Positions 28,277 to 36,609 of a stretch of DNA of 64,000 nt are shown here, piece after piece; the first letter of the stretch is position 1; every line of letters starts with the position of its first letter. The stretch is from the NCBI GenBank assembly GCA_963772225.1, contig CAVYWD010000002.1, positions 2,138,872 to 2,202,871 of the forward strand, read 5' to 3'. Under the pieces are notes generated by a model, which saw only the letters and a program-made list of their open reading frames with translations, made no database searches and was not told the DNA's origin. The position numbers and the translations under genes were made by a program. This stretch comes from an uncultured delta proteobacterium. Its GTDB lineage: Bacteria > Myxococcota > Myxococcia > Myxococcales > UBA5297.

Positions 28277-29176
28277 ATGGCCATGAGTGACGAGCGAATG
28301 GAAGTGCTCCGGATGATCGCCGAGAGGAAAGTGACGGTCGAGGAAGGCGAGCGATTGCTGCGGGCCCTGGACGACCGCGATCGCCGTCCTCCGCCGGGCC
28401 GCGACGAGCCGCACGCCAAGGAGCGAGTGCCGAGCCTCCTCGGCGACCTCCTGGGGAACGTGGGCGCGATGATGCAAGGCCTGGTGAGCGATGCCCTCGG
28501 GGGCTTCGGGATGGTCATCCCGGGCCGAGATTCGCTCGCGGAGGAGCCGCTCGAGGGCGGCGGCGTGCAAATCGCCCCCGGGGAATCGCTGGAGATCTAC
28601 CAGCGCGGCGGCGACCTCGAGCTCACCCCGGCCGCGGACAATCGCTGGTCGCTCGCGAGCGGCGCGTCGCCGCAGAAGATCCAGGTGCTGCGAGGGAGGA
28701 ACCGCGTGGTGATCGTCAGCCGCGGCAGCGTCAAGGCGCTGGTCCCTTCTACGCCGAGCGAGGTGAAGGTCTCCACCGCCGGCGGCTCGCTGCGGGGCAT
28801 CGGCTTCACGAGCCCCTTGGAGGTGCGCAGCATGGGCGGCGACGTGGCCCTGGTGGCCCTCACTCGCCGCGTCGACGCGAAGACCATGGGAGGCACGCTG
28901 CACCTGGGCGTGGACGCCATCGACGCCGACTCGCGCGCGGAGACGCTCGGGGGCGACGTGGACGTGGAGCTGGGGCCCAACGCCCGGGCCCGAGTGCGGG
29001 CCTCGACGCTGGGCGGCGGCGTTCGGGTAGCGCCCGAGCTCGGCGGCACCTCGCGCGAGTGGACGATGCCGGGGGAGCAGGTCGTGCTAGAGATCGGCCC
29101 CGCGGGCGACGGCCTCGCTCCGACCCTGGAGCTCAAGACCGCCGGGGGCAACGTGCAGCTGCGCAGAAAGCCTTAG
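28277..29176 (+). CDS. DUF4097 (putative adhesin / LiaX-YvlB-like) protein with an N-terminal SHOCT-like helix
   Basis: ORF 28256..29176; ATG at 28277 or 28283 after GGAGG. N-terminus: MSDERMEVLRMIAERKVTVEEGERLLRAL. C-terminus: repeated GG[DST]V/L beta-solenoid-like units (STAGGSLRG, SMGGDVAL, TMGGTLHL, TLGGDVDV, TLGGGVRV, TAGGNVQL). Confidence 0.7.
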   Translation: MAMSDERMEVLRMIAERKVTVEEGERLLRALDDRDRRPPPGRDEPHAKERVPSLLGDLLGNVGAMMQGLVSDALGGFGMVIPGRDSLAEEPLEGGGVQIAPGESLEIYQRGGDLELTPAADNRWSLASGASPQKIQVLRGRNRVVIVSRGSVKALVPSTPSEVKVSTAGGSLRGIGFTSPLEVRSMGGDVALVALTRRVDAKTMGGTLHLGVDAIDADSRAETLGGDVDVELGPNARARVRASTLGGGVRVAPELGGTSREWTMPGEQVVLEIGPAGDGLAPTLELKTAGGNVQLRRKP

Positions 29177-29218
29177 CGCCCGTTCGAGCCCTTAGCGCGA
29201 TCAGAGGTGTCGCTCCCC

Positions 29219-29575
29219 ATGAAGGAATCGAATGCCCCCGGCCGCTGCCCGTCGTGCTCGGGCCCCATGCGCGTCGAGAAGCTCGCCTGCGCGAGCTGCG
29301 GGACCGAGGTGCAGGGGCGATACCGCCCCTGCCCGGTGTGCGGGCTCGACCCGGAGGCCCGGAAGCTCTTCGACCTGTTCCTCCGGGCGCGCGGGAACCT
29401 CAAGGACGTCCAGCGCTCGCTCGGCCTCTCGTACCCGACGGTGCGGCAGCGCATCGAGGAGATGTTCCGAAAGCTGGAGAGCGCCGAAGAGAGCCGCGAC
29501 CCCATGGAGATCCTCCAGCGCGTCCGCGACGGGGAGCTCACGGTCGACGAAGCCGAGCGGCTGTTGCGTCAGTAG
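29219..29575 (+). CDS. DUF2089 protein (zinc ribbon + HTH) with a SHOCT-like C-terminus
   Basis: ORF 29207..29575. CPSCSGPM...CASCG...CPVCG zinc ribbon. FLRARGNLKDVQRSLGLSYPTVRQRIEEM HTH. C-terminal GELTVDEAERLLRQ. Confidence 0.75.
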   Translation: MKESNAPGRCPSCSGPMRVEKLACASCGTEVQGRYRPCPVCGLDPEARKLFDLFLRARGNLKDVQRSLGLSYPTVRQRIEEMFRKLESAEESRDPMEILQRVRDGELTVDEAERLLRQ

Positions 29576-29988
29576 CCGCGCCCGAAGAGGCGCTCTCAAG
29601 CGCGGCCGTGCGCCCTCCCGAAGGCGCTCGTCACCGCATCCATCGGCCCCGATGTGAATCGCGAATTAGGGCAACACGGTCTCGACCTAGGAGCGGCGCA
29701 GTGACTCGAGGCGCCCGCCTCGCGCGACGGCATGGCCTGATTCTCTCGCTCGAAGTGCTCGGCCCGTGTGCGCGAGGAGCTCGTCGAACCGCCGCAGCGC
29801 CTCTTCCCGCTCGGTCCCGTCGAGGTCGACGAGCGACACCTCGGAGCACCTCCGGCAAGTCCCCTTTTTCACAGCCTGGGAAGGCGGGCGTAAGCCGAAC
29901 GATGCCGCGCTGCTCCTTGACTCCCGCGCGACTTCCAAGGCTACCCTTATAGCTCCTATTCGAATCGCTTGATGCCCGGGGGCGGATT

Positions 29989-30450
29989 TTGAACATCGCA
30001 AAGCGCTGGATTGAGACCTGGTCCGCGCTCGAGTGGCCCGAGGCCCTCGAGGCCGACCAAGAGCTCGTGCTCGACCTGTTGGACTGCCTCGTGCGCGAAG
30101 TGGCGCCGCTCGCATTGGAGTCCTCCGGGATGCTCGAGCGCGGCCGGCAGTTCCGGTCGCTCGGCTCCCTGCGCAGTGCGGGCGCCCTGGCCGACTTCCA
30201 GTGCGTCTCCCAGGGGGCCATGGACGAGGGCCGGCGCCTCGACAACCTGCCGAGCTTCCTGGCTCCACTCGGCGAGGCGCTCGAAACGCCGAGCAAGGAA
30301 TGCCTGGCGATCGGCGGGCCGGCCTGGCGGGCGGTCGCCCAGGCCATCGACTTCGGGGCCCCGGACTTCGGCGTGCGCGCCTGCCTGGGCCGCATCGTCG
30401 AGCGGCGCCGCGGCAGCGAGCTGCGCCCCCAGGCCGCCCTGCCCTGGTAG
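29989..30450 (+). CDS. hypothetical protein
   Basis: 153-aa ORF (TTG start) with balanced, protein-like composition (MNIAKRWIETWSALEWPEALEADQELVLDLLDCLVREV...). The competing antisense ORFs are Arg/Ser/Pro junk. Confidence 0.5.
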   Translation: MNIAKRWIETWSALEWPEALEADQELVLDLLDCLVREVAPLALESSGMLERGRQFRSLGSLRSAGALADFQCVSQGAMDEGRRLDNLPSFLAPLGEALETPSKECLAIGGPAWRAVAQAIDFGAPDFGVRACLGRIVERRRGSELRPQAALPW

Positions 30451-30624
30451 CTCTGGGCCCGCCCCTCACCCTACTCTTTTTTGCCGTCGTCCGAGCGCTC
30501 CCACCCCGAAGTCGCCTGAAGGCAACGCGGCACCCGCCTTGCTCGCACTTCATGCGGCGAGAAGGCGCAATCGAGCCGAGGGTCCGCCGTAGGGCTGGCA
30601 ACGAGAAAGGACGAGGAGGCTCCT

Positions 30625-30876
30625 ATGAACGTCGCCGAATCCAACACCGTCATCGTCGCGCGCGGGGTCATCGGAATCGCCGCTTCGATTCTGATCACCG
30701 CGGGTGCGACCTTCGGGGTCGCCGCCGAATTGCAGCGCGGTTTCGCGCCGGCCTTCCAGGGGTTGGAAGAGCGCCGCCCTGCGCCGCCCCCCGCAGCCAT
30801 GCCCGCACAGGCGCCGGAGATCATCCGGCCCACCGCCTCCGCAGGGGTCCCTTTTCCGAGCGCGCTCAAAGGTTGA
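30625..30876 (+). CDS. small membrane protein (hypothetical)
   Basis: ATG preceded by GAGGAGG. One clear TM helix (VIVARGVIGIAASILITAGATFGVAA). Confidence 0.5.
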   Translation: MNVAESNTVIVARGVIGIAASILITAGATFGVAAELQRGFAPAFQGLEERRPAPPPAAMPAQAPEIIRPTASAGVPFPSALKG

Positions 30877-31074
30877 CCGGGACCCATCCCTCCCGAGTGA
30901 GGCGAGGACCACCGGGTGCAAAGTCGCGGGCACTCGGTGAGCGTTCACCCTCGCGAGCCCCTGGGGTGCGACCGCACCTGCTTTGGCCGGTCGGCGAAGG
31001 CGGCAGCTTGTCCCGACCCGCTACCCGCTCGGAAGGGCCGCTCGCCGTCGCCGCGCGCGTCGGCACCGTGGTCG

Positions 31075-31608
31075 CTAGAACTTCGCATTCTCGAGGATCC
31101 GGTGAAGCGCCCGGCTCAGGCGCGCGGCGCGAGTGGGGTCGGAGAAGAGCCCGCGGTGCTGGGCGCCCACGAACGCGGTGTATTTCAGCTCGGCGAGGAG
31201 CCGCGGCTTCTTGCAACCGCTCGCTCGGTAGAGACCGGCGAGGTACTCGATTCGGCGCTCGTCCACGCGGTCGATGGCGGCGCGAGCGCGCGTATCCCGG
31301 TGGGCCCACGCGCGGACCGCCCCGTCGAGCCGGTGGTCCAGCCCGCGCACCACTTCGTCGAGCCGGGCGGCCCGCCGCGGGGCCTCCTCGCGCTCCGTGG
31401 CGCGGATAGGCTCCTCGGTGAGGTCCTCCTCCCACCGGGAAAGGAGGGCGGCTCGGAAAGCGTCGATGTCTCGGAAGTGGTGGTAGAAGGAGCCCTTCGT
31501 CTTCTTCAGGGCCGCGCAGAGCCGCTCGACCGTGACCGCCTCGATGCCCTCCTCGCGAAGCAGCGCGAGGCCCGCCGAGCACCAGTCGCGGGGCGAGGCG
31601 CGGCTCAT
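31075..31608 (-). CDS. TetR/AcrR family transcriptional regulator
   Basis: C-terminal piece of the chimeric ORF 31075..35169; ATG at 31608 overlaps the upstream stop (ATGA). The HTH region is GIEAVTVERLCAALKKTKGSFYHHFRDIDAF. Confidence 0.8.
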   Translation of the reverse strand: MSRASPRDWCSAGLALLREEGIEAVTVERLCAALKKTKGSFYHHFRDIDAFRAALLSRWEEDLTEEPIRATEREEAPRRAARLDEVVRGLDHRLDGAVRAWAHRDTRARAAIDRVDERRIEYLAGLYRASGCKKPRLLAELKYTAFVGAQHRGLFSDPTRAARLSRALHRILENAKF

Positions 31609-32051
31609 CGGGACGCCAAAAAGGTCAGCGCTGCGAGTGCCAGGAAGAGCGGCGAGTAGATCCGGCGATTGAGCCGCTCGAAGGGGCTCCCGACCGTCTC
31701 GGGGCGCAGGCGAGCATCGACGAAGCCCTCCAGCCCGCGCACCAGCAAGACCCCAGCTCCGAGCAACGCGGCTCCCCGCACCAGGTTGTGGGGGACCGGA
31801 AGCACCAGGAGCCCAGCGGCGCAAAGCGCCGTTGCAGCCGCCCCCAGGAGCACCACCGCGACCGCCCAAGTCGCCGCGGTCCCCGGCATGCGCATGCCCG
31901 GCCGGCCTCCCACCACCGTCCGCGCCAGGTCGTCCGGATCCGCGCCCGGCCAGAGTCCCCCGAGCGCCCAGTAGCCGTGCAGGACCGCGATGGCCGCGAA
32001 GGCGGCGGCAGCGAGGCTTCCGGCCAGCGCGCTGACGGAGCTGCGGATCAT
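31605..32051 (-). CDS. DUF3995 family membrane protein
   Basis: ORF 31605..32063; ATG at 32051 overlaps the corrected PNPOx stop (ATGA). Four hydrophobic helices and HGYWALGGLWPG. Confidence 0.65.
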   Translation of the reverse strand: MIRSSVSALAGSLAAAAFAAIAVLHGYWALGGLWPGADPDDLARTVVGGRPGMRMPGTAATWAVAVVLLGAAATALCAAGLLVLPVPHNLVRGAALLGAGVLLVRGLEGFVDARLRPETVGSPFERLNRRIYSPLFLALAALTFLASR

Positions 32052-32604
32052 GGCTCGCTCCAAGTTCCGCCGCGCCGGACGAGCCTCGCCGAGCGCAGGC
32101 CGAAGGGCTCGGGGTGATCCCCCGGGCGCTGTCCCATACTTCGAGAGCCTGCGGCTCGAACCGGAGCAGCACGAAGTCGTCGTCCTCCGGGCCCTCGGGC
32201 CAAAAGGCCCACCAGGTCGGCATGAAGCGCCGGCGCCGCTCCGCCAGGTCCTCCACCAACTCGACCCGTCCCGAGAGCACGACGCAGGCTTTGCCGTCGT
32301 CCTCGTAGACCAAGGTGGCCCGCGGGTCGGCGCGCAGCTGCGCCGCCTTGCGCGAGCGCGGGCTCGTCCCGAGCCACACCTCCAGCTCCGGCCCGGGCGG
32401 GAACGGCTGCAGGGCGCGCGCCGCGATGCCGTCCTCCCCCGCGGTGGCGAGCACGCAGTACTTCTTTCGCCTCATGGTGGCCCGCGCCGCGCTGAGCACG
32501 GCCGCTGCGCCGCTCCGCTGTCGGGAGCGGCCCCAGCGGCGAAAGAGCAGGGACAGAGCGCGGGCGAGCCGGTGGCGGAGGGAGAGCGGGGATGGCATAT
32601 CCAT
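32048..32604 (-). CDS. pyridoxamine 5'-phosphate oxidase family protein, frameshifted as assembled (C5 run 32119-32123)
   Basis: MDMPSPLS...KKYCVLATAGEDGIAARALQPF...WLGTSPRSRKAAQLRADPRATLVYED...FVLLRFEPQALEVWDSARG lies in the frame of ORF 31075..35169. The plausible end (DHPEPFGLRSARLVRRGGTWSEP-stop at 32048) is in the frame of ORF 32048..32377. Confidence 0.65.
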
Positions 32605-32620
32605 ACCATACTGTATGGTA
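32604..32620. promoter_or_regulatory. 17-bp perfect palindrome, candidate TetR operator
   Basis: TACCATAC-T-GTATGGTA is an AT-rich island in GC-rich DNA. It abuts the start codon of the first gene of the PNPOx-DUF3995-TetR operon. Confidence 0.45.
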
Positions 32621-32672
32621 CGCTCCGCGCGCAACCGAATGCCTCGCGCGCTTCGAGACGCGAGCCTACCCT

Positions 32673-33413
32673 CTAGCGCACGTAGCCGGACGCCAGGGCC
32701 CGCGCCCAGTCGGACCGGTCCCGCTTGGCCGCGAGCGCCGCCATGGAGCGGTGGTCGTAGGGCACCGACCGCAGCGAAGAGACCCAGCCGACGTTTCGCC
32801 GCCACTCGACGACGGCGTACCGGGCGTCGGGCGACCCGGTCTCCATGACGTGCGGGTGGGGCAAGTCCGCGACGTACGCCGGGAGCCCCACGCTTCCCGG
32901 GTTCACGACGAGCTGGCCGCTCGAGGTGCGCACGCTCCTGGGCAGGTGCGAGTGGCCGCAGGCGATGAGCGGCGCGGCGGCGGCGCCGAGGCGAGACTCG
33001 ATCTCGGGGAGCCGGGCGGTTCGAGCGCCCCCGGCCTCGACGGTCTCGAGGAGATAGACGACGTCGCTTTCGGGCGTTCCGTGGAAGAACACCGCCTCGT
33101 TCCCGAGTCGGGCCGTGGAGCTGAGCGCGGCCAGCCACTGCAGCTCCAGCGCGTCGAGCTGCGACCGGGCGTATTCGTCCGACGGCCTGCGCTCGCCGTT
33201 CTTCTGCGTCAGGAGCTGGCGCTCGTGGTTCCCGGCGAGGTGCTTCCAAGGCATCGTCATGAGGAGCTGCGCCGTCTCCTTGGGCAGGAGTGGCCCGGAG
33301 AGGCTGTCCCCCAGGTTGACCACCGCGTCGACGCCTCGCCGGTTGAAGTCGGCGATGACCGCCTCCAGAGCGGCGAGGTTTCCGTGGATGTCCGAGAGGA
33401 GTGCGAGGCGCAT
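32673..33413 (-). CDS. metallophosphoesterase (YfcE/MJ0936-like, Metallophos_2)
   Basis: MRLALLSDIHGN, NLGDSLSG, GNHE, FFHGTP and CGHSH are the complete phosphoesterase motif set. Size is 246 aa. Confidence 0.85.
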   Translation of the reverse strand: MRLALLSDIHGNLAALEAVIADFNRRGVDAVVNLGDSLSGPLLPKETAQLLMTMPWKHLAGNHERQLLTQKNGERRPSDEYARSQLDALELQWLAALSSTARLGNEAVFFHGTPESDVVYLLETVEAGGARTARLPEIESRLGAAAAPLIACGHSHLPRSVRTSSGQLVVNPGSVGLPAYVADLPHPHVMETGSPDARYAVVEWRRNVGWVSSLRSVPYDHRSMAALAAKRDRSDWARALASGYVR

Positions 33414-33664
33414 GGCGTTCGGGCTTTCGAAGGATGGGAAACGGCTCGAGGAGTCTTACCGCAAAGCGAGCTTCAAGAGGGCGAGCGCGCCGATCGACAC
33501 CGCGGCGATCCCCAGAATTCTCAGGCCCTGCACGGCCAGCAGAATCGCCACGGCGGCGACGGTCCCCGCGAGGAGGCTCCCGAGGACGAGCGGAGGCGCG
33601 CGCCGGAGCCACCGGGCGACGAGGTCCAAGACCTCCCCTTCGCGGCCAAATCCGGCCTTCGCCG
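33275..33664. repeat. 390-bp direct repeat, copy 1 (left boundary of the island)
   Basis: Identical to 46297..46686 except G33492 versus A46514; the offset is exactly 13022 bp. It covers the 5' 139 nt of the phosphoesterase gene, the 42-nt spacer and the last 209 nt of the zinc-ribbon gene. Confidence 0.95.
33456..33664 (-). pseudogene. duplicated 3' fragment of the zinc-ribbon membrane protein gene (intact copy at 46478..47191)
   Basis: ORF 33456..33776 ends with AKAGFGREGEVLDLVARWLRRAPPLVLGSLLAGTVAAVAILLAVQGLRILGIAAVSIGALALLKLALR, identical to the C-terminus of 46478..47191. Upstream of 33664 the similarity stops. Confidence 0.85.
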
Positions 33665-35169
33665 AATCGCGCGGCCAAGTGGAGCGCGACGCGCTGTGCG
33701 GCCTCGCTGCGCCGAGGATCGCCCAGGCACGCGATGACGATTTTCGCATCCGGCCTCTGGCCATATGCGCTCTCACACGTCAAGGCGATCGACGTCACGG
33801 CGCCCGTCACGCAGTCGGCGCATTGCGGCGCCTCCCGGGCGACGTAGGCCCAGACCGGCGCCAGGACGTCGAGCGCCTCCAACGTCTCCGCAATGGGCAC
33901 CCGGGACACCAACCCCGGCAATGCCCAGAGCGTGCCGTGCTCGATGTTGTGGTCGTTGAAAGGCGTGCGACCGCACTGCGCTCGAGCGGCCGCGGCCAGA
34001 GCGCGGACGAGGCCCACCGCATTCGCTGCGCTCTGGAGCAGCCACTGCGCATGCTCCCAGATCTGCCAATGGAGCCCCTCCAGCTTGGCGAGCACTGCCA
34101 GCATCCTCGCCGGGCTCTTCTCGAACGCCCGATCGAGCACCGCTTCCACCACCGACAGCCGGTCTCCGCCGCGCCGCAGCGCCTCGGCCTGGCCCAGGCG
34201 ATCGACGAGCCAGCGAGCGGATTCGATCTCGAAATCCCGGCCTGCCCAGCGGCTCAGCTCGGCGAGAACCGCCTCCGGGTCGTCCGACTGGCGGGCGCGC
34301 CAGAGCCGCGCCTCGGCCTCCAGGGCTTCGCAGGCGACCGGGGGCCGTCCCAGGGCCTCGCAGAAGCGCTCGACCGCCTCCGGAGAGCGATTCGCCGAGT
34401 CGAGGAACGGGACCGGGCCATCGTCGTACCAGAAGCCTTTGTGGATGACGCCCGGGACCCCATCGCTCGCCAGGGGCAGCCCCGCCTCTTCGGCGATGGT
34501 GCGGCAAAGAGCGTTCACCGCCCGCTCCAGCTCAGGCCGCAGCGCGGGATCGAGGGCCAAGTAGAACTGGTAGCCGAGCAGCTGATTCGCCTTGGAGACC
34601 GCGAGCAGCTTGCGGCCCACGATGGTGCCGCTCTCATCCCGCAGGTAGAGGACCCGCTTGTTGGCGTCGAGCGCGTTGAGCACCGTCGACGCGGCGTTGC
34701 AGCCGTCCTGGAGCGACAGGCAGGTGTCGAAGGGGATGCCCATGCGCAGTACTTCGAGCGGGTCATCCTCCGCAGCGAGCGTCAGCGTCCGCCCGCCGTC
34801 GACGAGCTCCACCCGCCGCGGCCCGAGCCACGCCTCGACGTCGAAGCTCGCCTCGTTCCGGGCGATCCAGGTCTGATTCACAGAGAGCGCCCGGGTGATC
34901 GGCGCTCCGGGGCGCGCAGCGGCGTAGCGCAAGAGCTGCCCCAAGAGCTCGCGGTTGCGGTCCGTCGAGAGGTAGAAGCGCACGGCGTCGCGCCAGGCCG
35001 GCGTCATCGCGGGGAGGCGGATTCCGAACCCGGCGTGAAGCGCCTCCCGCAGCGCAGCGTCCAGCCGAACTTCCAGCGCGCGCCCCTGCGCCGGCTCGAG
35101 GCGCTCCCGCAGGTGGCGGCGCGTCCAGTCGCGGTCGGGGAGGTCTTCGCTCGCGAGGAGCTGATCCAC
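33665..35169 (-). CDS. hypothetical protein, apparently 3'-truncated at the island junction
   Basis: N-terminal ~500 codons of the chimeric ORF 31075..35169 (GTG 35169: VDQLLASEDLPDRDWTRRHLRERLEP...GIPFDTCLSLQDGCNAASTVLNALDANKRVLYLRDESGTIVGRKLL...CLGDPRRSEAAQRVALHLAARF). Composition is good. The frame runs without a stop straight into repeat copy 1, where it becomes Arg/Gly/Pro junk. Confidence 0.55.
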
Positions 35170-35427
35170 ACGCGCCAGCCGCTCGCGCTGGGCCGCGCTC
35201 GGCGCCGAGAGCCCCGCCAGGTGCTTCGGCGGCGGCGTGGAGGTGATCCACTCTCGGCGGTTTTGGTGATCCAGTCTCGGTTGCGGGGTTGCGGGCGCAG
35301 GCCGTCAGAAGGGTGCGGGCGAATACGGAGGCGGGCGAGCCGTCCCCGCCGTCTACGGATCGCGGAAACGAGGCGCTGTCCCCGCGCTGGACTCGTCAGG
35401 GCCCGGGCCCCATTCCGGAGCGGGATC

Positions 35428-35458
35428 AAAACGCCGACCGCCGAAGGCGGGTCGGGCG
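35428..35458 (-). terminator. intrinsic terminator candidate (minus strand)
   Basis: The minus strand reads GCGCCCGACCCGCC-TTCG-GGCGGTCGGCG followed by TTTTGATCC. This is a 9-10 bp GC stem with one bulge, a UUCG loop and a U4 tract, ~130 nt after the stop at 35588. Confidence 0.5.
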
Positions 35459-35587
35459 CCTCCGGCGGTCAGTCTGTCGCGGTGATGAAGGGCGCCCGGG
35501 CCGCAGGCATTCCGTCGCGGTCGCGGGACGCTCGCCAGCGGAGCCCGCTCTGAGGGCCACACCTGCGGCCCGGGCAGAATCGCGGTA

Positions 35588-35788
35588 TCAGCGCCTCTTG
35601 CGCGAGGCGGGCTGCAGGGGCCCGTAGAGGAGCTGGTTGGGCTCGGTCGCAGTCCAGTGGGCCTCGACCTCGTCGCCGTACTCTTGCCAGAGCGCGACTT
35701 GGAGCTGGCCGCAGAGGTCGAGCAGCCAAGCCGCGGTGGGGCCGTCGAGCGGCGGGAGGTTGAGCGTCAGCGGCGGCCTCTCAATCAT
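35588..35788 (-). CDS. small hypothetical ORF coupled to istB
   Basis: Tail of ORF 35588..36199: MIERPPLTLNLPPLDGPTAAWLLDLCGQLQVALWQEYGDEVEAHWTATEPNQLLYGPLQPASRKRR. Its ATG overlaps the corrected istB stop (ATGATTGA). Confidence 0.4.
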   Translation of the reverse strand: MIERPPLTLNLPPLDGPTAAWLLDLCGQLQVALWQEYGDEVEAHWTATEPNQLLYGPLQPASRKRR

Positions 35789-36609
35789 GGGGTTCCTCCA
35801 CCGGGAGCTCGTGTCCCTGCTCCTTGGCCCGCTGGTGCGCCTGGTGCTGCCGGAAGCTCGGCCCGTCGATGTCGATCCGGATGGAGGTCGCCGCCAGGCG
35901 GTCGAGGACCGCCGCGGCCAGGGTAGCGTCGCCCAGGTACTTGCCCCATGAGGAGAGCCTGATGTTCGAGCGTGATCGCCGTGCTGGCGCTGCCGTGTCG
36001 GCAATCCAAGAGGGTGAAGATCATGTGGGCCGCGGTCGGCTCGTCGTCGCGGCGCTTGAGCTGGCCCAGTCCGACGTCGTCGATCACCAGGAGCGTGGGC
36101 CGACACCAGCTCTTCATCCGCCGCTCGTAGGAGCCGTCGGCCAGGCCGGCGTAGAGGTGGTCGACCAGGTCGACGCACCGGGCGTAGCGCACCATCCACT
36201 CCTGCTCGCAGGCTTGGACCGCGAGAGCCTGCAGGATGTGGCTCTTGCCGGTCCCGCTCTTACCGGTGATCAAGAGGTCCTCGTGCCGCTGGACGAAGGA
36301 GAGCGCGAAGAGCTCCTCGACGAAGCGGCGATCGAGCTTGGGCTGGAAGTCCCAGTCGAAGGCCGCCATGGTCTTGCGGACCTTCATGCCGCTGCCCTTG
36401 ATGCGCCACTCGATGCTGCGCTCGCGCTTGATGGCGGCCGCCGCAGCGAGCAGCTGCTCGGCGGCTTCCAGGTCCGAGGGCTGGTGCTCCTTGACCCAGG
36501 CCAGATAGGCATCGATGGAAAGCCCCCTCAGACCGAGTCGGTCGAGGTGCCGCTCGATGCGCTCCCGGGCTTCGGCGGCGGGGCCTTTGAGGGAGGTGGG
36601 GGCTCGCAT
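35781..36609 (-). CDS. istB: IS21-family helper ATPase IstB, frameshifted as assembled (~35971)
   Basis: ORF 35785..36648; ATG at 36609. Walker A is GKSGTGKSH and Walker B is LLVIDDVG. After STAIT the frame yields LEHQALLMG junk. Shifting by one nt gives the conserved SNIRLSSWGKYLGDATLAAAVLDRLAATSIRIDIDGPSFRQHQA...stop at 35781. Confidence 0.85.

Noticed and set aside
29600-29988. Minus-strand tail VSLVDLDGTEREEALRRFDELLAHTGRALRARE (end of ORF 29687..30601) as a small gene.
   Set aside because: Only ~50 codons look protein-like. The rest of that ORF is antisense junk over a better + strand gene (29989..30450). It cannot be supported without comparative data.
31075-35169. 1364-aa ORF taken as one giant protein. 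The same applies to 4299..7409 (1036 aa), 46879..49509 (876 aa) and 47188..49500 (770 aa).
   Set aside because: These are chimeras. Protein-like segments (TetR, PNPOx, the unknown ORF; the TPR protein; expansin; AAA ATPase) are joined by junk read-through across intergenic DNA, the 390-bp repeat or antisense DNA. Each real gene has its own start, signal peptide or coupling signal.
35781-36609. Programmed ribosomal frameshifting as an explanation for the split istB and the other broken genes.
   Set aside because: No slippery heptamer or downstream structure is present at the shift sites, and IS21-family IstB is not known to use frameshifting. Similar breaks occur in unrelated housekeeping genes, so indel error or decay is more parsimonious.
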